DNA of 61,501 bases, counting the filler, from Porpidia crustulata (taxonomy: Eukaryota), in the NCBI GenBank assembly GCA_964255105.1. It is 4 parts of 4 records of this genome, joined end to end, with 100 filler letters (N's around TTAATTAATTAA, not from the genome) between each part and the next. Parts side by side here need not be neighbours in the genome. Positions count along the whole stretch, not along the records: positions 15,412 to 30,721 come from CAXUWE010000323.1; positions 30,822 to 46,121 come from CAXUWE010000324.1; 2 more parts are not named here. The stretch is one strand, 5' to 3'. A model generated the notes under the pieces. It was not told where the DNA came from and made no database searches. It worked only from the letters and a program-made list of their open reading frames with translations. Shown here in pieces: positions 24,947 through 36,684 of this stretch. Each line of letters starts with the position of its first letter. Positions within the stretch are counted from its first letter, which is position 1. The position numbers and the translations under genes are program-made.

Positions 24947-27071
24947 AGAATTCAATACTTGAAGTGGAGTCTTGCTATACGAAAGCTACGATGCCACGTT
25001 CGAGACTCTCTCGCGAATCATCAAAAATTATGCAATCCGCCGCGTTTGAAGTCCATGCGTGGCGCTCTCCGAGCACCGAAAAAATCTCGAGCGAATGTTC
25101 CAACCAAGAGCGTAGGAAAACCCGCTAAGTATGGAAGCCAATTCAATAGTTGCAAAGTAAAAACCCATTTTGTCACGAAAACCACTGCATTGATTCTCAA
25201 AAAAGTAGAATATGATACCACGTTCGTTCTGATATAGTCTGATTTCCAAGCATGTTTCGCTGCTTGAAGATCGTCTCCAATAATTTTCTGTCGGTTCCTA
25301 CCCCTCATCACCTCGAAGAATTCTCTTGGCTATTAAGCCATCGAAAATCTCTTGGGGTTCAATTAATCATACGTTTTAGTCGGGTATTGCTCTCAGTCAG
25401 AGCGATTTCGTCGGCGAAATGGACCCTGTCGACACTCGAGATTGATAAAGAAAAAAACTGCAAATGATCCGGCTTCCGGCATACGTGCTTCGATAGCAGC
25501 CGTTGAAGATGAGCTTTTCCAATTAGCAAAATTGTCGTGGGATGTTTGGACCGGCGTTGCTTTCACAGCCGTCGCTTTGTCTTCGCTGAAGATGGCCTGT
25601 GCATTTTTGTGCTTGGCTTCAGCCTCGCTGAATGTGTGACAGATAACTTCTCCAATATTAGCCAACCCACCGGCAGAATGGTAGATGTGCTGTATAATGG
25701 TTGTATGCAGTCGATAACCTAACCCCATACACTGAATCCCCTGTGGGCATCTAGAGCAGAGAAGAGTGCGCTCCGAAGTGTTGGGATCGAGGGGAGAAGC
25801 CACGATAGCATGAAAGGAGACCTCCAAACAAGTGCTACTATCGTTGCATTTAGAGTTGCAGTGCATAGCAATCACAGCTCTCCATGTCCTAGCGGTGACG
25901 AACCCAGTATTATGACCATTCTTTCTGCGAGTAGGCTCAGGAGTCAGGGATGTGCAATCGAAGATGGCTGACGATGATCTGCTGACGCACTCTCCTGACT
26001 AACAAAACAGCATCCTCTTGCTGAGGCTTTCCAGAAACAGAATCAGCAAGGAGCATCGACATCTTGTTAATTGCCCGCACGCAAAGGCCATTTCGGACAC
26101 GCTTTCTATTCGGACTGGCGTTTGGTTAGTGCACTTGATGGGGTCTCCCAGCGTCACCGAAAAAGGCTGTGTCCAGCATATGTCCAAGTTTACTGTCGTT
26201 GAAAAGCTCCATGTAGCATTGGCATCCGATTGGCACCGCAGCTGCCATTCTCCGACATCTTTACGGATACTCGATCAGTCTTGAAGTTGATGCGCTGGTG
26301 AGAAATGAAGCCAACGAAAAGAGGATTTATAGAAATAAAGATGTATGAAGATCCTCCAGTCTGATCAGATCGATAAGTATAGTCCGCGGTTGGTTTCAAT
26401 CAGCCGCCGATGCGAACTCTCGAATGATGATCATTTCTTCGTGCAGATTCGGGATGAAGAAAATGGATCAGGCTCGGTTCTTCGTTGGGCTCACTCCAAC
26501 ATGAACCAAACAAATTTTTTGATCGTCCCATTCGAGAAATCTCTTTCCAGATGGAGTGCGGCTGATGCTCTGCAGGGCCGTACTCTGCAACACACGTACT
26601 TAACCCCTCAGTGTACGATTTGCCGCTATGGTTTTGACACAGAGCTTCATCTCGATAAATTTCCGTAGCATCCTTAACGATAATTCACACCGCCGTGGCA
26701 TTTCACGGAAGGAACTGTTTATCGAGCGGGTTCACCGGCAAATCTCGCAGTCAATGATGATTGATTTGCACCGTTCCACCAGGGGGTGTCAAAAGTCACT
26801 GGAGTGCTTAAGCGAGACGTCCCTATCGAATTCCTCCATTGACTTTTGACATCCCCTGGTGTTCCAAAACATCTAATTCTTGCCGGAGAAAGTGGCGAAA
26901 AATGCTGACAAATGGTCTTGGAAGTTCACATGGTAAGACTCGAATGCCGTCTTCGCTCTGATTGTAGAGCCAAGGCATGAAGGCGAGTTCTTCCTCGATA
27001 TCCTAAGTTCTATGAGAAGATTACACGACCGCTGATATGAGGCCATCACATTGTGCAAGGGAAGAGCGACT

Positions 27072-29822
27072 CTACATTACAACCCAATCAACCCCAGTCG
27101 TCTCGGGCATATCAACGTCGTCAGCCCGAAAAGTGGTAGTCCTCACAAGATATTGTTTTGAAGACCTAATGCTGCGCCGCCCCTGTAATAGAATCCCCAC
27201 ACAAGTCCGAAGGTCTTGATATAGGACCACCGGGTACGTCGGTACTCCTTTACGAGACATGCGTCTCAGGTCATCATGTGACGTGTTGCGCGCTTCATGG
27301 TGCCAACGGAATTTACATTTGACAAGGTCCTCTGCTGTCACTATACCTGCTGCTTTGATGACAACGCTTCCGTTATTTTGTATCTCCCATGTGCGAACGG
27401 CCGGGTGATCGACAATATGGCTCATTTCGTCGTGCGGGGAGGCAATTTTCGCCGTCCATAAGCCCTTGGCTACTTCGAAAGGCAGCATCGTGCCTCTGGA
27501 GTACTTGCTGATGACAGTGCGCGATAAAGGGATGTTGGTAGGTTGAAGGGAACTATGCTGATAGAACTGTGACCCGAGTTTTTTGGCGGCTTCTCGAACA
27601 AAGGGAAGTGGATACGTGTCCAGAACGAGCACTTCGTTACGTCGCCGAGAAGAATCATTCGTGTAAGGTGCGAACCACTCCGTCACACCCAATGCAGACA
27701 TGATTGCTGGAGCTCTACTTCCAGAGCATTCTCGGTCGCTCGCTTGCAGGAAAAGACCGACTCGAGAACGGGTATGCAAAGTATTAGCAAGATTAGTGTC
27801 AGCGGCGAGAAGCTGCAACTGTCGTGGTCCATTTGGCAGGTTTTGGTTTTTGAAGAATAGAGTAAGACCCCGAGTTACTTGACCCTTGTCGTCAAAGAGA
27901 TCAGTGAGCCCAGGAAAAGCAGTTCTCATTATATTCAGAATGGTACCTAGTGATACCAAAGTGCCAGTGACGTCGGAAAATATTTCCCATTTATCTGTAG
28001 CAAGGACTAAGTTGGGGCAAAGTGCGACTTCTTGTAAGGTCCACAGTGATGAAAACCAATCCGAAGGGTTTCCATAGGTAACGAAGCTTCCGCTGTTCGG
28101 AGACCACGGCTTGTGTTTCTCACCGGTAACCCAATCTTCCAACTTTTGTAGGACGTTACGCCTTCCTGGGGCGATTAATTTGACCAGCTCAATTTGGGTA
28201 CTTGCCAGGAGGCTAGCGTTTTCTACGAGCGGTGCAATATCAGGAAGCATTCTCTCTGATGTTTTCTGCAGATACGTCAATGCGGACCAATTGATAGCCC
28301 GTTTCAATCCTGTCCATGATTGAACGTCATGCATCCATGCTATGCAAAGGCGACAGTTGTGGAATATGGACGCTTGCCGGGCGATCTCTTCGTTCGCTTT
28401 GGGCGATCCGTCCTGGGGGATGCACAGTAGATCAAGCCATATCAGTTTTGAGAAGATCCGTCGCTGTCCAAACGCATCTCGAAGTAGTGCTGGTAGGCTT
28501 CTAACTTCAAATTTCGAGCATTGAGGGACAAGCCAAGGAACTCCATACACTTGAATTGATGGATGGATTCGCCAACGACCCCAGGTATGACTGATACAAA
28601 TATACTCCGGAGATTGTCCTATTGAGCTGGTTTCCACAGTCCGCATCTCTTCTACATTCCACAGATAGAATGGCAGCCCATTGTGTTTGTCTTCATCAGC
28701 CAGCCATGGAGCAGAATCTTGGATGTTATCGATGTACGCACTTTCTGATGAGCCGATCCGTAGGGTAGACGAGACCAGATCTTTGTACAGCGAGTAGCTA
28801 AACAGTTGAGTGGACGCGTGATCCAAAGCTTCTTCTCTGATATCCTTCAGACCTACAAGATAAGGACCGGTCATATATGGCTCCCAAGACAACGGATCGA
28901 ACTCCTTAGCGAAGAGCTCCAACATGACCGAGTGGTAGCCTCTAGTCAGCGGATACTTAGACCCTGTTATGTTACTACTGCGTCGAACCTTACCCGTCGG
29001 GTTCTTTGACTGGCTGGCGTCTTGGCGAATCCCCGACTCGCCTATTTCTCGTTGCTCAGGACTGACCCAGGTGCAGACGTTGCTATGCCGGTTGGCGTAA
29101 TAGCGTTGTCCCTCCTTACTTCTTCGTCTCTCCCACCCTTCCGGCAACGGATCATCCGCCTGTCCTTTTAGGATGCGGATCCGACTCAACGAACTCCTCT
29201 GACATACTCCTAGATGAAAGTATGCTCGTAGTCCTGGCTCTTCCCATGGATCCCAATTGTCTCCTTCAGCCTCGATCTCGGAGATAATCGCTTTCTCCGA
29301 GTGGACGTTTTCCGCGAAGGCAGATTTTGCGGATTTTATAGTCTCCAAGTCCTGGTACAGGCCATCCCACCAATCCATGATCAGCCTCAGAGAGATACTC
29401 TGGGATCTGGACCGGGGCTTGGAAAGCTTAGAATTGGAAGCACCGGCCATTGAGGCGTCTCGAATCGAGTGCCAGTTCTTCATTGTTCTCTCCCAACTTA
29501 AATACTGATAGGTTTCCAACTCTTCCGACGGCATAAAGCTCACCCAAAGGGGGCCTTCCCGCCGATGTTCGGCATTCATTGGTTCCGACAGCCATCGTCT
29601 CGATTCGTCATAGCTAGACCGCAAGTTGTTATAATCGTTCCGCCACCCCTGAGAGGCCGACGTATCCTTCTCTTCAAGTTCAGACCATTCAGCCCAAGCA
29701 CTGTCCCAGATTCGGAGCCATTTGGGCGACCATTTGTGTTCTGTCTTGAGCTCCTCATTCATGATGTCAAAGCGCCCCAGCCATGCATTAAACAGACGTT
29801 TCAACTCCGCCGATTCATCCAT
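27072..29822 (-). CDS. HET-domain protein with a WW domain, copy 2
   Basis: 916-aa ORF; WW PLPEGWERRRSKEGQRYYANRHSNVCTWVSP (29058-29150); HET motifs YICISHTWG, IWLDLLCIPQD, EIARQASIF, WFSSLWTLQE. Confidence 0.9.
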   Translation of the reverse strand: MDESAELKRLFNAWLGRFDIMNEELKTEHKWSPKWLRIWDSAWAEWSELEEKDTSASQGWRNDYNNLRSSYDESRRWLSEPMNAEHRREGPLWVSFMPSEELETYQYLSWERTMKNWHSIRDASMAGASNSKLSKPRSRSQSISLRLIMDWWDGLYQDLETIKSAKSAFAENVHSEKAIISEIEAEGDNWDPWEEPGLRAYFHLGVCQRSSLSRIRILKGQADDPLPEGWERRRSKEGQRYYANRHSNVCTWVSPEQREIGESGIRQDASQSKNPTGKVRRSSNITGSKYPLTRGYHSVMLELFAKEFDPLSWEPYMTGPYLVGLKDIREEALDHASTQLFSYSLYKDLVSSTLRIGSSESAYIDNIQDSAPWLADEDKHNGLPFYLWNVEEMRTVETSSIGQSPEYICISHTWGRWRIHPSIQVYGVPWLVPQCSKFEVRSLPALLRDAFGQRRIFSKLIWLDLLCIPQDGSPKANEEIARQASIFHNCRLCIAWMHDVQSWTGLKRAINWSALTYLQKTSERMLPDIAPLVENASLLASTQIELVKLIAPGRRNVLQKLEDWVTGEKHKPWSPNSGSFVTYGNPSDWFSSLWTLQEVALCPNLVLATDKWEIFSDVTGTLVSLGTILNIMRTAFPGLTDLFDDKGQVTRGLTLFFKNQNLPNGPRQLQLLAADTNLANTLHTRSRVGLFLQASDRECSGSRAPAIMSALGVTEWFAPYTNDSSRRRNEVLVLDTYPLPFVREAAKKLGSQFYQHSSLQPTNIPLSRTVISKYSRGTMLPFEVAKGLWTAKIASPHDEMSHIVDHPAVRTWEIQNNGSVVIKAAGIVTAEDLVKCKFRWHHEARNTSHDDLRRMSRKGVPTYPVVLYQDLRTCVGILLQGRRSIRSSKQYLVRTTTFRADDVDMPETTGVDWVVM

Positions 29823-30721
29823 AATATTTGAAGTGGACTAATTTAGAGCAAGCAATGGAACAAAGAGCCACGAGAACTGTTGGCGCTTACAGGAAAAGAA
29901 TACCAAGATTCAGAAATCATCAAACTACCTCACAGTACGCACACACGTCGGTCAAAAATCAACTAAGCCAGGGAGGGAACTCCAAATAATGTAGTCAGCG
30001 TCGATTTGCCCAACGAAGGGTCTCTGTTACGGCACTTACTATTACGCAAGGGTAATATTTGATAGTATGTGGCGTTTGGCTCTGGTATACCAAGTTTATC
30101 GTTTAGAAGAGTATGATACTCAGTTTGCCCCTTCAAGGTCCTACCTACCCTTCTGAGGTTCGAGACAGATCATCCGGAGGAGACTGCACTCTGTCAACGT
30201 CAATCAATGACACTGACATCAATGCTAATGAACAATAGCGAGAAGTAATTAGAGACTGAATTCCACTCAGACGATCTCAATGATTCTAACGAATTGACAG
30301 CTCCTAGCATTACGAATGCTTTGAGTTGCATTTAATGATAAGGCTTGCGTATATGATGAGATTAATGACACATGTTTTTTATATCATGAGGATTTCATAT
30401 TTATCTGACATAATTGACAACATGAAATTTCGCTTTAAGATACTCTCCTGTTGGATATAACTATGCATTGCACATAGTAATTCTGAACTGACTACGATTA
30501 TTGTGTTAATGTATCGTTATTTTCATTAAGTTTAACGTAAATTAAATTAACGTCCTTACCGTTTGTGACAGACGCTAGTGTAAGAATAATCAGCACACAG
30601 CGCGTTTGGTATGATCGCCGCCATAATTATAGCGAACCACTAACCGTACACCCCCTTTGCCTACTCGTTGTGATGGGTTAGACCCATTAATTGGATTAGG
30701 TACTATGTACCTGCATTCTCG

Positions 30722-30821
30722 NNNNNNNNNNNNNNNNNNNNNNNNNNNNNNNNNNNNNNNNNNNNTTAATTAATTAANNNNNNNNNNNNNNNNNNNNNNN
30801 NNNNNNNNNNNNNNNNNNNNN
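30722..30821. other. Artificial contig linker
   Basis: 44 N + TTAATTAATTAA + 44 N. Confidence 0.99.
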
Positions 30822-31718
30822 TTTGCACAATCAGCGTGGGTGCTTTCAGCTCGAGGAATTCGCCGCTGAAGGTGCCGCCGAATAGCTCGAATTTGCCGCC
30901 GACGTGGGCGCCTTCGAAAAGTTTTGGGGGGGCGCGAGTGAAGGCGGCGAGGCGGTCGGGGGTGGTGAAGGTGGTGTAGAGTTCGGCGGCTGTGGTGCGG
31001 AATTCCTCGGTGTCGTTGACGGTGGTGGTGTTGATGGAGGAGGAGGCGTTGGTGCGGGAGCTTGAGGATTTGGAGGTTATGGATTTGGCGTTTGCTTGGG
31101 CGGCGGTCGAGGAGATGGGGGTGCTTTTCAGAGGTGGGGGTTCTTGGCCTGGAGCGTGCTGAATATCTTTTCCATGCTCGGTGATAAGCGCTGGACCCAG
31201 GGTTCGGAGCTGCTTTCGAAGCTGTGGTACAATCTTTGAGCGGACAAGGTCTTTCACGGGCTGCTTGGAGCTGGCGTCGGAGTATATGTCGATATCGAAC
31301 TGAATCGCTTACGGTAAGCCAAGGGTGGTGAAAAGGCGGATAGATTGGTATAGGGAACGTACAACGTACTCGTCTTCCTCGGTGTCGTGGGCTACCTCTG
31401 GGATTGTAATACTTCCACTGACTTCCTCGGCATCCTTGGTCTCTCCTACATAGTGTAAGACAATCCTCCATAGAGGCCTAAGATAAGAAACATACCCTCA
31501 TACTGTAGCTGTAGCTTGACATCGTATAGTGTAATGACCTTGCCCTTCCGCTGGCTGACGTCCACATCTCCATCCATGCTCACGATCTTTGAGATTTTCG
31601 CCGAGACATCGCCTTCTTTGGCTGAGATGGTGGTAAGGCTACTGTCTAGATAATCTCTTGCCCATTCCGAGGCGTCCTTGTTGACCCAATGCCAATTATT
31701 GGGATTGTGAAGCACCAT
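30822..31718 (-). CDS. AHA1: Hsp90 ATPase activator Aha1 (3' end cut by contig end)
   Basis: MVLHNPNNWHWVNKD, GDVDVSQRKGKVITLYD, EHGKDIQH, start of the C-terminal AHSA1 domain; two introns. Confidence 0.95.
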
Positions 31719-32389
31719 TTTGCAACCTTGCCGAGTTCAATAGGAAGCTCAAGACTAAAACAGCGGTAAGCCCGATGTTTTAGAACAGTGTTGGAAATAA
31801 GTGCGACAAGATGGAAAGTGGATCAGGAGGAAGGAGATCTATGCTCCAGCATAGCTAATCCGCAGCAAAAGAGTACAAGTCTTCTAGGACTGGTGCCAGC
31901 CAGTTGGTCTCATCATATAAGAACGGAGGTAGAATTGTTATGGCAACTTACTCGAAAACCCAAAGCTAGCTTAGCAGTGAGAATGACTGAAGGATCCAGA
32001 AAATCACACTTTAATCGCGCTTCGAAGAACTTTCTTAAAGTTGCACCAGCAAGGACGGTTTGGCTGGCGGTCTTGGAGAGAAGTGTCGAATGCTCTAGAA
32101 TTTCTGGTGTTGACAACCGAAATCTACCATCATCAAATCAGCCCTACCACCAAACGAGCGGCCACGATTCCGCATCTCCCTTTGGGCTTTCGATACAAAT
32201 ATCCTAATGCCGGCATGGACAGTGTTCACATCTACAAAGATTGATAGGGCGTTGAGTCAAAAGGACAATGCATTGCTATATTGGGTATCTAGACGCTACA
32301 AGTCTCCAGTTCTCCTTGCTTATCCCTCCTTTTTGTTGCCTTTTGGATGTTATCTGCATTATTAGGTCATTTTATTTTCCATCTACCTC

Positions 32390-34588
32390 TCATTGTGCCC
32401 CAAGCCATGCAACCATCAAGGCAAACACATACAGAAAGAGATGCGTGTTGATCTTCTGATTCCTCGACGCGGCGCTTTTCTTCGTTGAAGTCGGCGTACC
32501 AGTGGCCACAAAAACTCCCGTCAGGGTTACGCTCATGCTGGTTAAAGGACCAGTGCTCCCAGGTGGCGACGAAGTTGCTGTAGCTGTCATGGACGACGGG
32601 ACCGTACCAGGATAACCCGCCCCTACAGAAATAGAGGAAGGTGGTGTTTTCCACTCGCTTGATGAGCTGTAGAGTACTCCGTTGATGACAACTCCTTGAC
32701 CTTGCTGCAACATCGATTTCTGCTGATCCGTGCACGACCCGTCAATGTTGCGGATGAAGCACTTTGGCTCCACAGCGGCAGGGACACTGTTCATGTACGT
32801 AGCGTTTGCGTCGCCGCCCGTTGCAAAGTTGGCCAAGTTGACATTCTTGCCAGTCGAAATATCAGTGCCCATGATGATCCTTGTGAAAACCGTGAAAGCC
32901 GTTTCCGGTTGATAGGCCGGTATCAGATGGCCAGCATCGTAGATCCTCGAAAAAGAAAGATTTCCGTATTCTCGTACTACTCCGCCGACGTATGAATTGT
33001 TGGTCACGATGGCTGAGTAGCCAGCACTGTAGAAAGGTGAGTGCGAGGGTGACTGAGCGGCAATAGCATATGATACCGCCTGCCCACCGAGCCAATTGCA
33101 GATGTAGTCACGGTCTCCATAGATCAGGGCAACACGCACACCCAACGAGAGAAGGTACGCCATCTGGCTGATCCCATCGCCTCGCTCGTAATCTCCGGTT
33201 TGCTGGAAGGCGTTCGAGACTGATGGATTGGTTTCGGTATAATTCACAACAGCACCAATTGCGGCCTGTACTTCCGCCGTATTGAGATACTCCTGATACG
33301 TGCTTGGCGGAAATGGATTAGGCGTCTTCTGGGTGATATCATATACATCTCTGCCGGAATTTTGGAACGGCCCGATCACATGTTGATTACATTGGTCCTG
33401 CGCATTTTGGCATATCTGATTTACTGTCGTGATATCACCATTGCTCTGAGGGTCCATGGAGGTGACCGCTGCTCTGCATGATTGAATCAGTTGCTGACAA
33501 CCACTGGCACTGATATAGCTGTTCGCTGCCGTCTGTTGATCGACACGAGATATCGCCTGTATGCCGTAGGTATTGTTGTTGGCGAAGATTGGATAGTACC
33601 GCCCCTGTACTAGGTCATCCACACATCCTTGCATAATCCCCAGTGAAGCCAACCGTATATCCAGTGTCTTATTCCTAGCCGCATAATTGTTCCTTCGCAG
33701 AGCATTCTGCTTTTCCCAGTAAGAGGCAAATGCGGGTCCATACTTTCCGCCATAGCTTTCAGCAAACAGGTTGACGCCTACCACCCCTGTCTGAGTGCTA
33801 TTTGGTTTGTTCCCTGGGTTGTATTGTGGGAAGGTACCAAGGAATCCCTGTAACATATGCCATATTGCTTGTGCAGCTATTGCCGTGGTATTCGTAGTAG
33901 TATTGCCATTATTAGTACTGAATGTACCATTGAGGAAGGTGTACGCAGGCTGATTTGAAGGTGCACTTGAAGACGGTTCAGTAACTTCGGATGTAATTAG
34001 GTTCAACGACCCATTAGTCGGCGTGTCGTAAGAAAACCCAACTTCATTAGGCTGATCAACGAAAATGATGTTGGAGCTGCGATCCCAGCCCCAGTCTCTA
34101 GCTTGCGTACCGAGTTGACCTTGCGCAATCTCAACGACCTCACACGGCCCGCATTCCTGGAACATGCCGACCATGCTGCTGCTTCCGGGCCCACCGTTCA
34201 TATAAATTGTCAAAGGAGCATTAAGAGGGTCGAGTCTGGCCTCCACAAACCAGAAGAAAGTATTAATGGAGTAATTTTGCTGTATAGGAGCAAGGGTAAA
34301 TGGAGGAAGTGTAACATAGCCAGCGTATTGCTTTTGGGTGGAAAAGGCTGTTGTACAAGTGCCGATTGGAGGGGATTTAAACCGGATGGTCACGTTGCTG
34401 TCAACCGGAGAGTATATGGTGGTAATTTTGGAGTCTGGCGTTATCGGTGGGGGGTATTGTCCGCGTGAAGCTGTAGGCCAATGGAGGAGAGCGAGTAAGG
34501 TCAAGCACAACGTGGCTGATAATGCGAAGAAATACTGCTGGCCAAGTCAACACAAGAAGCCTACTCTTGAAGCAGAACGACTGACCAT
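32390..34588 (-). CDS. Secreted, probably GPI-anchored serine carboxypeptidase (S10 family)
   Basis: Inferred ATG-only exon 1 plus 48-nt intron gives signal peptide MQYFFALSATLCLTLLALL; NGGPGSSS, FAESYGGKY, GDRDYICNW, DAGHLIP; S/T-rich stalk and hydrophobic C-terminus. Confidence 0.9.
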
Positions 34589-35715
34589 TGTTGACAGTCC
34601 TCCACTTGGACAGAAGTTTCCGAGGTAGTACCAAAGTTCCTAGTACCACACCTTGTCGCAAATTGCAACCCATGTAGACCTCGACGTTGCGCCTCGAGGA
34701 GTCGAGGCAACGCTTCGCAATTGGTGGTATCACTACTGGACCAAAAGGCGTTCAGATTCAGTCGTCCATGATGAGATGTTCCTGTGATAGGAGACCACAA
34801 AGGGCGAAAAAGTAGATCCAGGCAACGACGGTAGTGGGAAATTGGAGGATCCCAAAATCCTTCGACAAGTGTGCAGCCGTACACAAACAAAGCGGCAAGG
34901 AGCAGAATCGGGACGAAAATATTATTTTGAGAAAACGCAATTGGGTTGAGGCCAGTAATACAAAGAAGCGAGATGGAGAAGATGAAATGATACAACCAAC
35001 GAAAGTGCGTGGAAGACTGAAAGGTGTAATGAGAGATGATGTGCAGTGAGTGGACGAAGGGTAAGACGGGGCGGATTCCAAAGTCTGACGCGGCATCCGC
35101 TAGAGTAGGTGAGTACTTAGTACATAGTAGTATACGAGTAAACCGCTGGGACTGAGGTGGACCCTGAATACCCTGATCGACATTATCACGTGATCATAGA
35201 AACCCTATCTATCTTGCCCTACCTTGACCTTCTATTGACACTTACGATACTCTAGAATTGTCGCTCAGCAGTCCACGTACTCATAATGTTCTCTAATTTC
35301 ACAGATTAATGAATACTCATCGCTTTATTTGTTTGGTTAGTACTTCATACACCAGTTCTTTCAAGTGGGATCAAGTATGTTCGCGCTGGTTATCTGATGG
35401 AAAGTCGACAAGATATACTACGTGTCTTTCAGACATTGTCTTCAAAGGTAATTAATTATACGAGACTGTAAATACCGAGAAGTTTCATCAACGATGCAAG
35501 AGACATGTGTAATCTTCGATGTTGGAAAGCACTTTGACTGCTGGTCTGCCGCTTTTTACTGGCTTAGTACGGACTGATGGATAATGGAAGCTGTGCTGGA
35601 TTCCTTTTGAGCTTCGTGCTCCATTCAGAGCTTGTATAAGAGATTCAAACGTATTAAATCCTAAGATGATGGTATCCATCATCCATTATTCGACTTGTAG
35701 GCATTGCTCACCGAA

Positions 35716-36024
35716 TCAGAATCCCTCAAAGCCCCTATAGTCCCCCCGGTAGCCTCCGCCATATTCAAAACCGTCCATCCACATATGACTCCTTATCCTA
35801 TCTTCCCTGTTGTCACCCATAAGCTCACCCTTTCGACAGCCTATAGAATCGTCCACTAGGTTATCCACAAAATATTTATAGTCCTTAAATGTCCCACTAT
35901 GCCTAGGCCTTCTACGTCTTCTCAGTCTAGACTCTTTATGGTGTGATTGATGCATCCTGAAATCAAATTGCCAAAATCTGGGTTCAATTCCGTTGGAGTC
36001 ACGCTCGGCCCTGATACTTCGCAT
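35716..36024 (-). CDS. Possible small hypothetical protein (102 aa)
   Basis: ATG-started ORF with Arg cluster and G/Y/F-rich tail; no family recognised. Confidence 0.3.
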   Translation of the reverse strand: MRSIRAERDSNGIEPRFWQFDFRMHQSHHKESRLRRRRRPRHSGTFKDYKYFVDNLVDDSIGCRKGELMGDNREDRIRSHMWMDGFEYGGGYRGDYRGFEGF

Positions 36025-36684
36025 ATTGATGTAACAAGACCAGAAAGCCTAGAAAGTAATCGAGGCTTTTCTATGCCTCCAGTGACTGATACTTAGATTC
36101 AATAATCTGATCAAAGCAAAAATCAGACACGAACAAAGGGGTTAGGAAAAGAACGAATGAAGAAAGAGTCAGAGATTCCCGTGTCCACAGTAGAACAAGT
36201 TGTGAATCCAGTCCAGTCGTACGATTTCAAGGAGCACCACAACTTATTCCTTATAGTATGATGATATTGCTAGTAAAGGGCACCTGACGCGTAACTTGGA
36301 CCGCGTGCAATGATGGATCGTAGGGCACGTGAATTAAAGACATAATACCTTAGTAGATAATCCGTATGGAATTGAAAGTCACTAGTATTCTGTGTTGATC
36401 AATGCGAAGATTTGGTGATTCGGCGATAACGATGATATCGCACTGCTAATGATGAAACCTGAGGTCGTCGGAGAATCATACTTTGAAAAACGAATTGACG
36501 ATTGATATTTTAGCGTTATGGTCTTAGCCCGACGATTTAGGAATGGGCCTCATGGGCTTCAATGAGAGTCCACATCATCCTTTACAATGACATTATAGCT
36601 TCGATCTGTAGGATCGCCTGAATCTCATGCGATCACAGACCTCGAATTTTTTTTATTCACCTTGATTTCTTAACCAGCATTCGC

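Noticed and set aside
30300..30560. AT-rich stretch near the contig end, possible RIP-degraded transposon
   Set aside because: No terminal repeats or transposase/RT remnants recognised
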